Shown: piece after piece, positions 26,391-35,154 of the stretch | Numbering within the stretch: the first letter of the stretch is position 1 | Layout of the letters: the number at the start of each line of letters is the position of its first letter | From: Candidatus Thalassarchaeum sp. | GTDB lineage: Archaea; Thermoplasmatota; Poseidoniia; Poseidoniales; Thalassarchaeaceae | Direction of reading: 5' to 3' | Assembly: GCA_022451235.1 (NCBI GenBank) | Contig: JAKUOA010000006.1 | Span: 44,413-108,412 of the forward strand | Length of the DNA: 64,000 nt | Translations under genes and position numbers: made by a program | The notes under the pieces: model-generated | Database searches by the model: none | The model's input: only the letters and a program-made list of their open reading frames with translations | Told to the model about the DNA's origin: nothing

Positions 26391-27332
26391 TTAAGCAGTT
26401 CTCAATGCCTCACTTTCACGCTGAACCACTCTAACACCAATAACAATTAGAATAAATCCGAGTAGAAGAGTCCATCCTATATTCTCGTCTAGTAAGATAA
26501 CGCCCCCCAGTACCCCGAAAACTGGCATCAAGAAGATGTAGGAGGAGGCAGCGGTTGCACCGAGTTTCTCAACTCCAATAGCAAACCAATAGTAAGCCAA
26601 AACTGTAGATATGGCAGCGAGATAAAAGATCGCATACCAATCGGTCAGGGTCGGCTCGGGGATTCCATATTGCCAAGTTTCCCAAGCCGCTAATGGCGTT
26701 AGTAAAACCGTTCCAATGAGAGAATACCATACCACAATTTCCAATGTTGTCGCTTTTTGCTCACTATTTCTTTGTTCCATCATTCGCTTGGTATTATTCG
26801 TCGTCATCGCCCAATTTAGTGAAGCCAATAAAATCATGAAGTCTCCAAGAATTCTATCTTCAAATGGGATATCTGTATTGGGGCTCCATCCGGTAACTAC
26901 CCCCACTCCAATGAAGCCACAGAATAGACCAACGAACATCTTGCGAGAAATTTTTTGGCCTAACATTGGAGCTGCCAATAGTACAGTAAAAATCGGATTG
27001 AATGTGATTATGAGAGAAGCATCACCAGCAGCAGTGAATCGCATACCATTCATGAAAAATATCTGATAACCCAGAACGCCAGTTAACGCAATCAGCGTTA
27101 GTGTTCTCCAAGTTTTTCGACCACTTGGGAGCCAATTGACTTCATATCCTTTCAGAGCACGGCCAGCAAACCAAGCATAGAACAAGACCATCGTTAGGAC
27201 ATACCTAAGCCAAGCACCAGTCATTGGAGGCAATCCCAATGCTAGGATTCTACCCACTGCCCAGGCCATTCCCCAAGAGAACACAACTAGGATCATCAGT
27301 CCGTGAACTCGCCATTGATTCCCGAAACTCAT
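26391..27332 (-). CDS. DMT-superfamily permease (EamA/RhaT-like, 10 TM)
   Basis: It shows the two-fold repeated EamA pattern of hydrophobic helices. It is 313 aa. Segments include GYQIFFMNGMRFTAAGDASLIITFNPIFT. Confidence 0.8.
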   Translation of the reverse strand: MSFGNQWRVHGLMILVVFSWGMAWAVGRILALGLPPMTGAWLRYVLTMVLFYAWFAGRALKGYEVNWLPSGRKTWRTLTLIALTGVLGYQIFFMNGMRFTAAGDASLIITFNPIFTVLLAAPMLGQKISRKMFVGLFCGFIGVGVVTGWSPNTDIPFEDRILGDFMILLASLNWAMTTNNTKRMMEQRNSEQKATTLEIVVWYSLIGTVLLTPLAAWETWQYGIPEPTLTDWYAIFYLAAISTVLAYYWFAIGVEKLGATAASSYIFLMPVFGVLGGVILLDENIGWTLLLGFILIVIGVRVVQRESEALRTA

Positions 27333-27384
27333 CTCAAGCGCTCAGACCTGCGTGTATTGACTTGAGTCAAATAATGTACTGAGT

Positions 27385-27786
27385 TCAAAATAGATGAATA
27401 ATTACTCTATTCCAAGCCATAATTGCAAATACAGTAATTGTAGAAAACAGCCACAAATTGTAGATAGAGTTGGGGATTTTGAATTCCTTGATATCAGAGA
27501 CGATGGGTACTAAAGATCGTAATGAAAGATAAATGAAGGCTAAGTAAATCAATGGTGTTCCTAGATTAAAATCCAATGCGGATTTCAAATCAAGATGAGT
27601 AATTGCAACAAATCCTCTGGTCATTCCACAGAATGGACATTCCTGTCCTGTGAGATAGTAATGGGGGCATAAGTTCAATCCATCTATATCTCCATGTGGG
27701 AGAATTGCGGAAGTAATCAGAGCGCCAGATGCAATTACACCTTCGATATCTTCTTTTTTTATAGAAGAAACACTGAATTTCGGCAT
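27385..27786 (-). CDS. DUF2752-like small membrane protein
   Basis: It contains LCPHYYLTGQECPFCGMTRGF, matching the C-P-x4-T-G-x2-C-P-x-C-G-x-T-R signature remembered for DUF2752. Two to three TM helices follow. Confidence 0.6.
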   Translation of the reverse strand: MPKFSVSSIKKEDIEGVIASGALITSAILPHGDIDGLNLCPHYYLTGQECPFCGMTRGFVAITHLDLKSALDFNLGTPLIYLAFIYLSLRSLVPIVSDIKEFKIPNSIYNLWLFSTITVFAIMAWNRVIIHLF

Positions 27787-27869
27787 ATTTTAGACACCTT
27801 GTCAATAATGCCTTCTGGCTTATATGAAGGCGGTGCCGGAGATTGATTTAAACCTAAGATGGCTAACCG

Positions 27870-28097
27870 TTGTTTATGGAAGAACAAACCTCAGACAAAG
27901 ACTGGACTACGCTGTTGATTCTATCTATCCTATTGGGTGGATTGGGAGTTGACCGATTTTATGCAGGGCACATCGGCCTCGGTGTACTGAAGCTACTTAC
28001 TGTAGGCGGCTGCGGAATTTGGGCGCTTATCGACATCATCTTGGTTGCAACTGGAAAGTTCTCAGACGCTGATGGTCTACCGATTGTCAACCAGTGA
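27870..28097 (+). CDS. TM2-domain protein
   Basis: It contains LSILLGGLGVDRFYAGHIGLGVLKLLTVGGCGIWALIDIIL, the TM2 signature (GxDRFY ... GGxGIWxxID). Confidence 0.75.
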   Translation: MFMEEQTSDKDWTTLLILSILLGGLGVDRFYAGHIGLGVLKLLTVGGCGIWALIDIILVATGKFSDADGLPIVNQ

Positions 28098-28123
28098 AAG
28101 CTGCTTACTCTGAATAACCAAGT

Positions 28124-28140
28124 CCTTCCCATAGGGAAGG
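28124..28140 (+). terminator. Hairpin CCTTCCC-ATA-GGGAAGG 27 nt after the TM2 gene stop. Possible terminator.
   Basis: It is a perfect 7-bp stem with a 3-nt loop. It lies between the TM2 stop and the mutS promoter motif. Confidence 0.35.
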
Positions 28141-28201
28141 TTAGCACAGGATTGCTTATGCACCCTAGGCTCACAGACACAGCCCACGCGCAGCGTAAGC
28201 A

Positions 28202-30913
28202 ATGGAGGAGTCTGATATGGCGAAGCGATCAATGCTTGACCAATTCGCTGAGATTAAGGCGCAGCACCCCGATACTGTTCTATTTTTCAGAATGGGAGAT
28301 TTCTACGAGATGTTCTATGATGATGCAGTGTTAGCATCGGAAGTACTCGGAATCACCCTGACTAGTCGCGACAAGAGCGCGGATGAACCGGTTCCGATGG
28401 CAGGTGTTCCTTGGCATTCTGTTGAATCCTATCTACAGGGTATGTTGCGAGCCGGGCACAAGGTGACCTTGTGCGAGCAAGAAGATGAATTACGACCGGG
28501 TTCCAAAATTCTTGAAAGAGTAGTTACCCGTGTTTATACTCCTGGCTCGCTTTACGAGGAGGACCTGATTGGAGAAGATGGCTCAAGTTTACTTGCAGGT
28601 CTAATTTCACGAGGAGATGGCATCGGTCTAGCAATCCTTGACTCTTCAACAGGTAGAGCATGGTTGCAAGAGCATTCTGGACCCGGTCGCTATGAGCGGG
28701 TGCGTGATGAATTACAGAGATGGTCTCCAAGTGAGTTAGTTCTTGGGCGCCGCGAAGCTGAGAGCGAGGAGTCTCGAGCATTGTTATCCTCGCTAGATAA
28801 GGTTACTATGAGCGTTCACGAGGGTGGTAAGGAGCAACATCTTCAGGTAGTCAAAGACCACCTAGAATTAGTCGACTTAGGTTCTGTTGACTTAGATCGT
28901 AGACCCTTAGCAATGGAGGCTTGTGGACTCACTGCTGGATATCTTACAAAGTTACATCTCGTCGATGTAGTGCCTCTTCGCGAGGTACATTTCGATGCCG
29001 ATGACGGCCATCTTGTACTCGACCAAACAACACTTCGTAATCTGGAGTTAACACATACATTAGCCGGAGAGAAGGACGGCTCACTCTTACAAGCCATTGA
29101 TTGTACTCGTACTTGGATGGGGCGAAGACAACTCAAAGAATGGATTCTACGCCCACTAACCGATTCTGAGAAAATTGCCTCAAGACAGTCCGCTGTTGCG
29201 AGTCTAATTCGCGCACCTCGTCGCCTGGACAATATTCGTGAGTCGCTTAAGTCGATGCGCGACTTAGAACGTCTCTCTACTCGCTTGGCCTATGGTAGGG
29301 CCAACGCGAGAGACTTAGTTGCAGTCTCAGATTGTTTGGAGAGGATGCCACGACTCCAGGGATTACTTTCTGAAGGAGATTCTGAATTACTGCATCAATG
29401 TGCAGAGGGATTGTCAGATCTTGATCCTCTAATGCATCATATTGCATCCAGGGTTGTTGAAGATCCTCCGATGACGATTCGAGATGGCGGTATTTTCCAA
29501 GACGGCGTAAATGAGCAACTGGATGACCTACGTCAGAAGGCCGGAGAGGGTACAGATTGGCTAAAGGGATTTGAATCTAGGGAGCGTGAAAGACTCGATA
29601 TTCCAAGCCTCAAAGTCAAGCAGAATCGTCAGTTTGGATTCTTCATTGAAGTCACTAAGTCTCATTTAGACAAGATTCCTGATGAGTACCGTCGAAGGCA
29701 AACAATGACCAATGCAGAGAGATTTACTACAGAGGAATTGAAGGAATGGGAAGAAGTCATTTTAACAGCAGATGATAGATCCAAGGCCCTAGAACACGAA
29801 TTATTTCTTGGACTTCGTAAGGAGGTTGCATCAAATGCATCTAAACTTAGTGAATTAGGACGAAAGGTTGCCTCTGCTGACGTTCTGTCAGCATTCGCCA
29901 AACACGCTAGAAAGCACTCTTGGAATCGACCAGATATCAAACATGATTCGACAATGGAAATTGTAGCAGGCCGTCATCCAGTATTGGAGGGTGATGGGCG
30001 TTTTGTACCGAATGACATAAGCTTTGATAATCGTAGAAAATTCCTCCTCTTAACTGGCCCAAATATGGGTGGTAAGTCGACATATCTTCGACAAACAGCA
30101 CTAATTACAATCCTTGCTCAGGCCGGATCATTTGTACCTGCTGAAAAGGCAAGAATTGGTATTGTTGACAGAGTATTCACTAGAGTCGGCGCTCACGATG
30201 ATTTGCGACGAGGTCGTTCGACATTCATGATGGAAATGATTGAGGTTGCTCATATTCTACGAAGAGCGACACCTCGAAGTCTGATACTACTCGATGAGGT
30301 CGGACGAGGTACCTCAACTTTCGATGGTCTAGCAATCGCTTGGTCGGTTACTGAAGACATCTCCACCAGAGTTGCTGCAAGGACTCTGTTTGCCACTCAC
30401 TACCATCAGCTTGTTGGCTTGGCTAATGAGGTTGAAGGATTGGTAAATATCCATGTTCAGGTCGCTGACGTCAAGGGAGAAATTCGATTCTTACACACAG
30501 TCGCCGAAGGACCTTGTGACGATTCATATGGTGTACAAGTGGCGGCCTTGGCTGGCCTTCCTAGTGGGGTTGTTGAAAGAGCACGCGACTTGCTTATATT
30601 CCTTGAAGGTCAAGCTCAAGGTGCTCGAGCAGGTAGCGAGGGAACACCCGATACCAGGGAATCGGGGCAGTCTAGTATATACGGTTGGATGCTGGGTAAT
30701 GGAGACAAACCACCGGCTACCAATCAACTAATTTTGAATGAAGAACCGACTAAGGAAATAGTAGTCCAAGAAGACCCAGTATTGCGTGAAATAGCAGAGA
30801 GGCTAGAATCACTCGACCCAGACACACTTACTCCTCGAGAGGCATTAGAGGCACTCTATGCAATGAGAGCAGCACTGAATAACACACTTGATGGAAAACA
30901 TTTGGAGGAGTAA
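28202..30913 (+). CDS. mutS: DNA mismatch repair protein MutS (MutS1 type, bacterial-like). The start is possibly at 28217 (MAKRSMLDQF).
   Basis: It has the N-terminal mismatch-binding motif FFRMGDFYEMFYDDA (Phe-x-Glu), the Walker A motif LLTGPNMGGKSTYLRQ, and the motif STFMMEM. It is 903 aa. Confidence 0.95.
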   Translation: MEESDMAKRSMLDQFAEIKAQHPDTVLFFRMGDFYEMFYDDAVLASEVLGITLTSRDKSADEPVPMAGVPWHSVESYLQGMLRAGHKVTLCEQEDELRPGSKILERVVTRVYTPGSLYEEDLIGEDGSSLLAGLISRGDGIGLAILDSSTGRAWLQEHSGPGRYERVRDELQRWSPSELVLGRREAESEESRALLSSLDKVTMSVHEGGKEQHLQVVKDHLELVDLGSVDLDRRPLAMEACGLTAGYLTKLHLVDVVPLREVHFDADDGHLVLDQTTLRNLELTHTLAGEKDGSLLQAIDCTRTWMGRRQLKEWILRPLTDSEKIASRQSAVASLIRAPRRLDNIRESLKSMRDLERLSTRLAYGRANARDLVAVSDCLERMPRLQGLLSEGDSELLHQCAEGLSDLDPLMHHIASRVVEDPPMTIRDGGIFQDGVNEQLDDLRQKAGEGTDWLKGFESRERERLDIPSLKVKQNRQFGFFIEVTKSHLDKIPDEYRRRQTMTNAERFTTEELKEWEEVILTADDRSKALEHELFLGLRKEVASNASKLSELGRKVASADVLSAFAKHARKHSWNRPDIKHDSTMEIVAGRHPVLEGDGRFVPNDISFDNRRKFLLLTGPNMGGKSTYLRQTALITILAQAGSFVPAEKARIGIVDRVFTRVGAHDDLRRGRSTFMMEMIEVAHILRRATPRSLILLDEVGRGTSTFDGLAIAWSVTEDISTRVAARTLFATHYHQLVGLANEVEGLVNIHVQVADVKGEIRFLHTVAEGPCDDSYGVQVAALAGLPSGVVERARDLLIFLEGQAQGARAGSEGTPDTRESGQSSIYGWMLGNGDKPPATNQLILNEEPTKEIVVQEDPVLREIAERLESLDPDTLTPREALEALYAMRAALNNTLDGKHLEE

Positions 30914-30915
30914 TT

Positions 30916-32883
30916 GTGGCATCTTTAGAGAAGCCTGATAGAGTCTCAATCAAGCAACTGGATGAGTTAACCATTGGGAAAATAGCAGCCGGTGAGGTTG
31001 TTGAAAGACCGGCTCAAGTGGTTAAGGAACTCGTAGAAAACTCAATCGATGCCGGTGCCAATAGAGTTCGGGTTGAAATTGAGAGAGGTGGATTCGATAG
31101 GATCACAGTTATCGATGATGGCCATGGTATTCCCAAAGACGAATTATCACTGGCGATAACTCGCCACGCAACCAGTAAATTATCGAGTCCAGACGACCTT
31201 AGTAGCATTGAAACCAAGGGTTTTCGAGGAGAGGCTTTGGCTTCAATCGGAGCCGTTAGTGAACTTGTAGTTGCGAGTAGAATAGGAGACGGAGATGGTG
31301 TTCAAATCCGCGTCGATAACGGTATTGTTGGAGACGTAGAGGCAGCAGGCATTGCACCTGGTACTCGTATTGATGTTCTCAGCCTATTTGCCAAAGTTCC
31401 AGCACGTCTTTCATTTCAACGCCGTCCTTCAACAGAAACCGCTGCCATTGTTGATGTCGGTGTGCAAATGGCATTAGCTGAACCCAATGCTGGCATATTA
31501 ATCGAGGTAGATGGTAGGAAGGTGTTGGACTGCCCTCCAACCGAATCAGCCGAGGACCGATTGTACGATTTGTTCGGTTCAACCTCTTCAGAGTTGATTC
31601 CACTTACCTCCTCACAAGCCGATAGCGACGCACCAGGAGGTGAGAAATGGACTGGTTGGATATCACCACCAGGGCTCAATAGAAGCAGAGCGGATGATGT
31701 TCACATTCTAGTAAACGGAAGGCCAGTATCCCCTGGTCCTTTCCTTCAATCAGTAAGACGCGGCTACCATACTCGGTTAATGGTGGGAAGACATCCAATT
31801 GGTGTTCTATTGCTAAGTCTGCCCGCGGATGAGGTGGATGTCAATGTTCATCCGACAAAAAGAGAGGTAAGGCTGAAGAATTCCTGGCGTGTATTGGAGC
31901 GGCTTGAGCGTTCGATAAAACACACGCTTTCGCAAATCGCAACTAGGCCAGAAGCTAGTGAAGATACAGTTCTGGAAGGTATCTCAGAGAGAGCTGGGCC
32001 AATACCTCCTGAATCACCAGCAACGAATCTACCCGAATGGGCTAGCGCTGCTAGTGAGAATCAAACTGTGCAGACTCGATTTTCTAGTATTCGTTCTTCT
32101 GTAGAAACAACCGCACGGATTCAATCCAAATCTACTTCCGAATACATCACTGAACAAGATACTCTACCTGGTATGGACTCCGAACCAACAACACCTTCTC
32201 TATCCTCAGAGGAAAGAGAATTACACAGACACGCGATTGGTAAATCAACTTCTCCACTTGATGAACCAATCCCAAAGGCGGCGGTTATACCAGAACTCCC
32301 AGAGATGACTCCATTAGCACAGTTGTCCGATTCCTACATCTTAGCCGAGGGTCAAGATGAGTTATTCATTGTAGATCAACACGCTTTACACGAACGAATT
32401 CGTTATGAGCGATTACGTGAACAAATGGTTAGTTGGGATGGTCAAGATTTACTAAATCCAATTTCTCTCTCTGTTGGTGCAAGGCAGAAGGCTGCAGCTA
32501 TTGCTAGGCAGTCGACATTGGAGAGTTTGGGTATCGCATTTGAAGCACACAATGACTCACTACAAATTACTCGAGTACCGGAGATTTTAGTTGGAAACGA
32601 ATCTTTAGAAGAATTCCTCCAAGATTTACTCATCGAATTAGTAAGTACTCCAGATGGAACTGAGGAATTTGATGCTGTCACAAATCTCCGCGACCATATT
32701 GCATTTATGCGGTCTTGTCGAGGTTCCGTCAAGGCAAATGAAAAGTTGAACCTTGCTCAAATGAGGAGATTGTTACAGGATATGCGAACCGTTCCAAACC
32801 CTTGGGCTTGCGTGCATGGTAGGCCGACAGTGCTCCGATTAACAATGAAACACTTAGATCGTCATTTCGGTCGTCATGGTTGA
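30916..32883 (+). CDS. mutL: DNA mismatch repair protein MutL
   Basis: It has the GHKL ATPase N-terminus ELVENSIDAGA ... VIDDGHGI ... GFRGEAL. It begins 3 nt after the mutS stop. It is 655 aa. Confidence 0.95.
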   Translation: MASLEKPDRVSIKQLDELTIGKIAAGEVVERPAQVVKELVENSIDAGANRVRVEIERGGFDRITVIDDGHGIPKDELSLAITRHATSKLSSPDDLSSIETKGFRGEALASIGAVSELVVASRIGDGDGVQIRVDNGIVGDVEAAGIAPGTRIDVLSLFAKVPARLSFQRRPSTETAAIVDVGVQMALAEPNAGILIEVDGRKVLDCPPTESAEDRLYDLFGSTSSELIPLTSSQADSDAPGGEKWTGWISPPGLNRSRADDVHILVNGRPVSPGPFLQSVRRGYHTRLMVGRHPIGVLLLSLPADEVDVNVHPTKREVRLKNSWRVLERLERSIKHTLSQIATRPEASEDTVLEGISERAGPIPPESPATNLPEWASAASENQTVQTRFSSIRSSVETTARIQSKSTSEYITEQDTLPGMDSEPTTPSLSSEERELHRHAIGKSTSPLDEPIPKAAVIPELPEMTPLAQLSDSYILAEGQDELFIVDQHALHERIRYERLREQMVSWDGQDLLNPISLSVGARQKAAAIARQSTLESLGIAFEAHNDSLQITRVPEILVGNESLEEFLQDLLIELVSTPDGTEEFDAVTNLRDHIAFMRSCRGSVKANEKLNLAQMRRLLQDMRTVPNPWACVHGRPTVLRLTMKHLDRHFGRHG

Positions 32884-34061
32884 GATAAGCCAAGTAATTG
32901 CTGAATAAATCCCGGATGTGAAACTTCACAAATCTCCGCATCAACAACCTCACCTCCAACCTTGCTTGCAAGAATCATTGCAACCATCGCTAATCTATGG
33001 TCCATGTGGGTTTGAATCGGCTCATTTGGAGAATTAGGCGTCTGTCTTCCAGGAATCACAAGACCATCATCAGTCTCCTCTGCTTTCATCCCAAATGACT
33101 GCAAAAGTTCCACGGTGCGCAGAATTCTATCAGATTCCTTTCCTCGAGCATGCGGAATTCCGGTTATGTTCCCTCCCTCCCCTAAAGCCATCCAAACCGC
33201 GGCCGGTGTAACTAAATCGCTCGCATCTCTCAAATCGACTTCACCTCCATTTGCCCTGTCGATTGCATCAAATGCCATTAATAGCAGTGGGTCATATGTT
33301 GCCAATTCGGTTTGTAAGTGCAATCCATCGTGGAGAAGTTCCAGTAGAATGGCCATTGGGAATAGGCTCAACTCAGGTGGAATATCGATTTCATTGGGTG
33401 GATTAACACTCCAAGGTTGAAGGATTAATTGAGAGCTCATTTCTATTGGACAGCCACAACTCCGAGCAATATCGAAAGTCATGCCAAGATATCCTCTGCT
33501 GACAGCATCTCCCTCGACGTGTATCTCAATCGCTTCCTCGAGACTTGGGGACGCCAAAATCAATGCAGTTAATGGCTGACTTGATTGGCTTAGGTCTACG
33601 GTAGTGCCACCTTTCATTTTTCCATTTACAGTTACGGGTAATGAATCACTATCGACATCTACTTGTAAATCTCTCAAGACTTTTCCAAGACTACTACTTC
33701 TAGTTCTTAATGATTCATCTCCATCTAATTTGATTTTTTCACCCATAGTTGCCACAAGGGCACTGAGGACTCTCGCAGAAGTCCCCGAATTGCCACAATT
33801 TAGAATTGTATTCGGAGCACTCAGGCCCTGTTTTGGAGTTTCGACAAGCCAACCGTCTTCCTTATGATGAATATTTATTCCCATCTCCTGAAGACACTTT
33901 GACATCGATTCCGCATCTGCTCCAGGAGATTCATTGAACCGGATTAAACAACTAGAATTGCTCTGTGAAATCATTGCTAACCATCGAATTATGTGACTTT
34001 TTGAGGGAGGTAAACTCCACTCATGAGAGCCCGAAAGCCGCATCTCAGGTATGCTTAGCAC
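32874..34061 (-). CDS. aroA: 3-phosphoshikimate 1-carboxyvinyltransferase (EPSP synthase)
   Basis: It contains the motif LPPSKSH(I) and has the EPSP synthase two-domain length (395 aa). Its C-terminus is VSHPGF.... Confidence 0.75.
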   Translation of the reverse strand: MLSIPEMRLSGSHEWSLPPSKSHIIRWLAMISQSNSSCLIRFNESPGADAESMSKCLQEMGINIHHKEDGWLVETPKQGLSAPNTILNCGNSGTSARVLSALVATMGEKIKLDGDESLRTRSSSLGKVLRDLQVDVDSDSLPVTVNGKMKGGTTVDLSQSSQPLTALILASPSLEEAIEIHVEGDAVSRGYLGMTFDIARSCGCPIEMSSQLILQPWSVNPPNEIDIPPELSLFPMAILLELLHDGLHLQTELATYDPLLLMAFDAIDRANGGEVDLRDASDLVTPAAVWMALGEGGNITGIPHARGKESDRILRTVELLQSFGMKAEETDDGLVIPGRQTPNSPNEPIQTHMDHRLAMVAMILASKVGGEVVDAEICEVSHPGFIQQLLGLSQP

Positions 34062-34127
34062 AACCTCTCATCGAGGCTCGACAATTCAACCCAACGATGT
34101 GCAATAGAGAATTTGCATCAAACAAAT

Positions 34128-34973
34128 CTAGGCTCTGATGACGTCTCCAAAATCATCCTCGCCATTCCATTCCTTTGCTTTTTGATCGATTTCACAGGCG
34201 GCCAATGTTTCCTCCAGAGTACCTCTCATCTCAATCAAATTTGCACGTTCCAGCATCTTTGGACTAAGCCCCGGCATCAATATAGAAATAGCTCTAGGTA
34301 CACGTTTTGGATAGACTTCGTTTACGTGTCTAACGATATTTGTTGTACAGGTATTAGTGATGGTATTATACCATTCAGGATTATTTGCCAAATCGTTGGT
34401 CCTGTTCAAGTAGGATTCAAGCATTCTTCTCTCATTTCCTGGACCCAAAACCACTGCTTTGAATAGATGGGTTACTGAGTATTTTCTACATCGACTACGA
34501 ACTCCAATCACGTCCCTTTCCGTAGCCCACACATAGATTAATTCATATTCACGAAACAGCCCTTTCACAGGATGATATTTCTCACCTTGTTCCCTTCTAA
34601 CTTCTATGGAACAGGCTAGACGTCGCCCATCTTCAAATTGAAATGATAGAATTGTATGGGCCATTTGTCTGTGTCTAGGGTCAAAATATTCCAACATTAA
34701 CCAGATGGAATCTACCTTACTTAGGTCATATTCTTCGTCGATCCATTTCTCATCATAATCTCTAGTAGTACGCCAGTTGAAGTCTCGAATATTATTGATT
34801 TTAGCAATATCTCCTTCGAAATCTATGGTCGCATTACGTGAATTATCATTCACCCATGAACGGTCATTTGAAGGCCGTAATCTCCGAACTCTAATCCATA
34901 TCACGAGTAGAATCAATAGCCCGATAATCGCTAAACCGGCAAGGCCGGTAGTCAACCAGCTGGCTACGCTCAT
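34128..34973 (-). CDS. Hypothetical N-terminally membrane-anchored protein
   Basis: It has a single N-terminal TM (LTTGLAGLAIIGLLILLVIWI) followed by a soluble domain of about 240 aa. No family was recognised with confidence. Confidence 0.45.
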   Translation of the reverse strand: MSVASWLTTGLAGLAIIGLLILLVIWIRVRRLRPSNDRSWVNDNSRNATIDFEGDIAKINNIRDFNWRTTRDYDEKWIDEEYDLSKVDSIWLMLEYFDPRHRQMAHTILSFQFEDGRRLACSIEVRREQGEKYHPVKGLFREYELIYVWATERDVIGVRSRCRKYSVTHLFKAVVLGPGNERRMLESYLNRTNDLANNPEWYNTITNTCTTNIVRHVNEVYPKRVPRAISILMPGLSPKMLERANLIEMRGTLEETLAACEIDQKAKEWNGEDDFGDVIRA

Positions 34974-35021
34974 AGCCTCTGAGGAGGCCTATCAAAGCAT
35001 GAAACCTCTCCTTACTTCAGG

Positions 35022-35108
35022 TGGCGCGGCAGGGGAGATTCGAACTCCCGAGGTGAAACACCACTGGATTAGCAATCCAGCGCAATGGCCAGGCTATGCG
35101 ACTGCCGC
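35022..35108 (-). tRNA. tRNA-Ser (anticodon GCU) with long variable arm. A CCA is encoded.
   Basis: The minus-strand read is GCGGCAG ... CTGGATTGCTAATCCAG (anticodon loop TTGCTAA gives GCU) ... a long variable arm ... GGGAGTTCGAATCTCCC (T-arm) ... CTGCCGC G CCA. The 7-bp acceptor stem pairs perfectly. Confidence 0.85.
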
Positions 35109-35154
35109 AGTGTCCCGGCGACCTTAGATTGGGGCTTAAGGCGAGCGGTTGGAA

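Noticed and set aside
28202-30913. MutS being a MutS2 (Smr-containing) paralog rather than a repair MutS1
   Set aside because: It has the N-terminal mismatch-recognition motif GDFYEMF, the full 900-aa domain set, and an adjacent mutL. The Smr domain is found in a separate membrane protein instead.
35022-35108. tRNA-Ser as an integration hotspot for a mobile element
   Set aside because: No integrase or recombinase is present. There is no direct repeat of the tRNA 3' end nearby. The flanking genes (gyrA, a housekeeping-like membrane protein, aroA) are chromosomal core.
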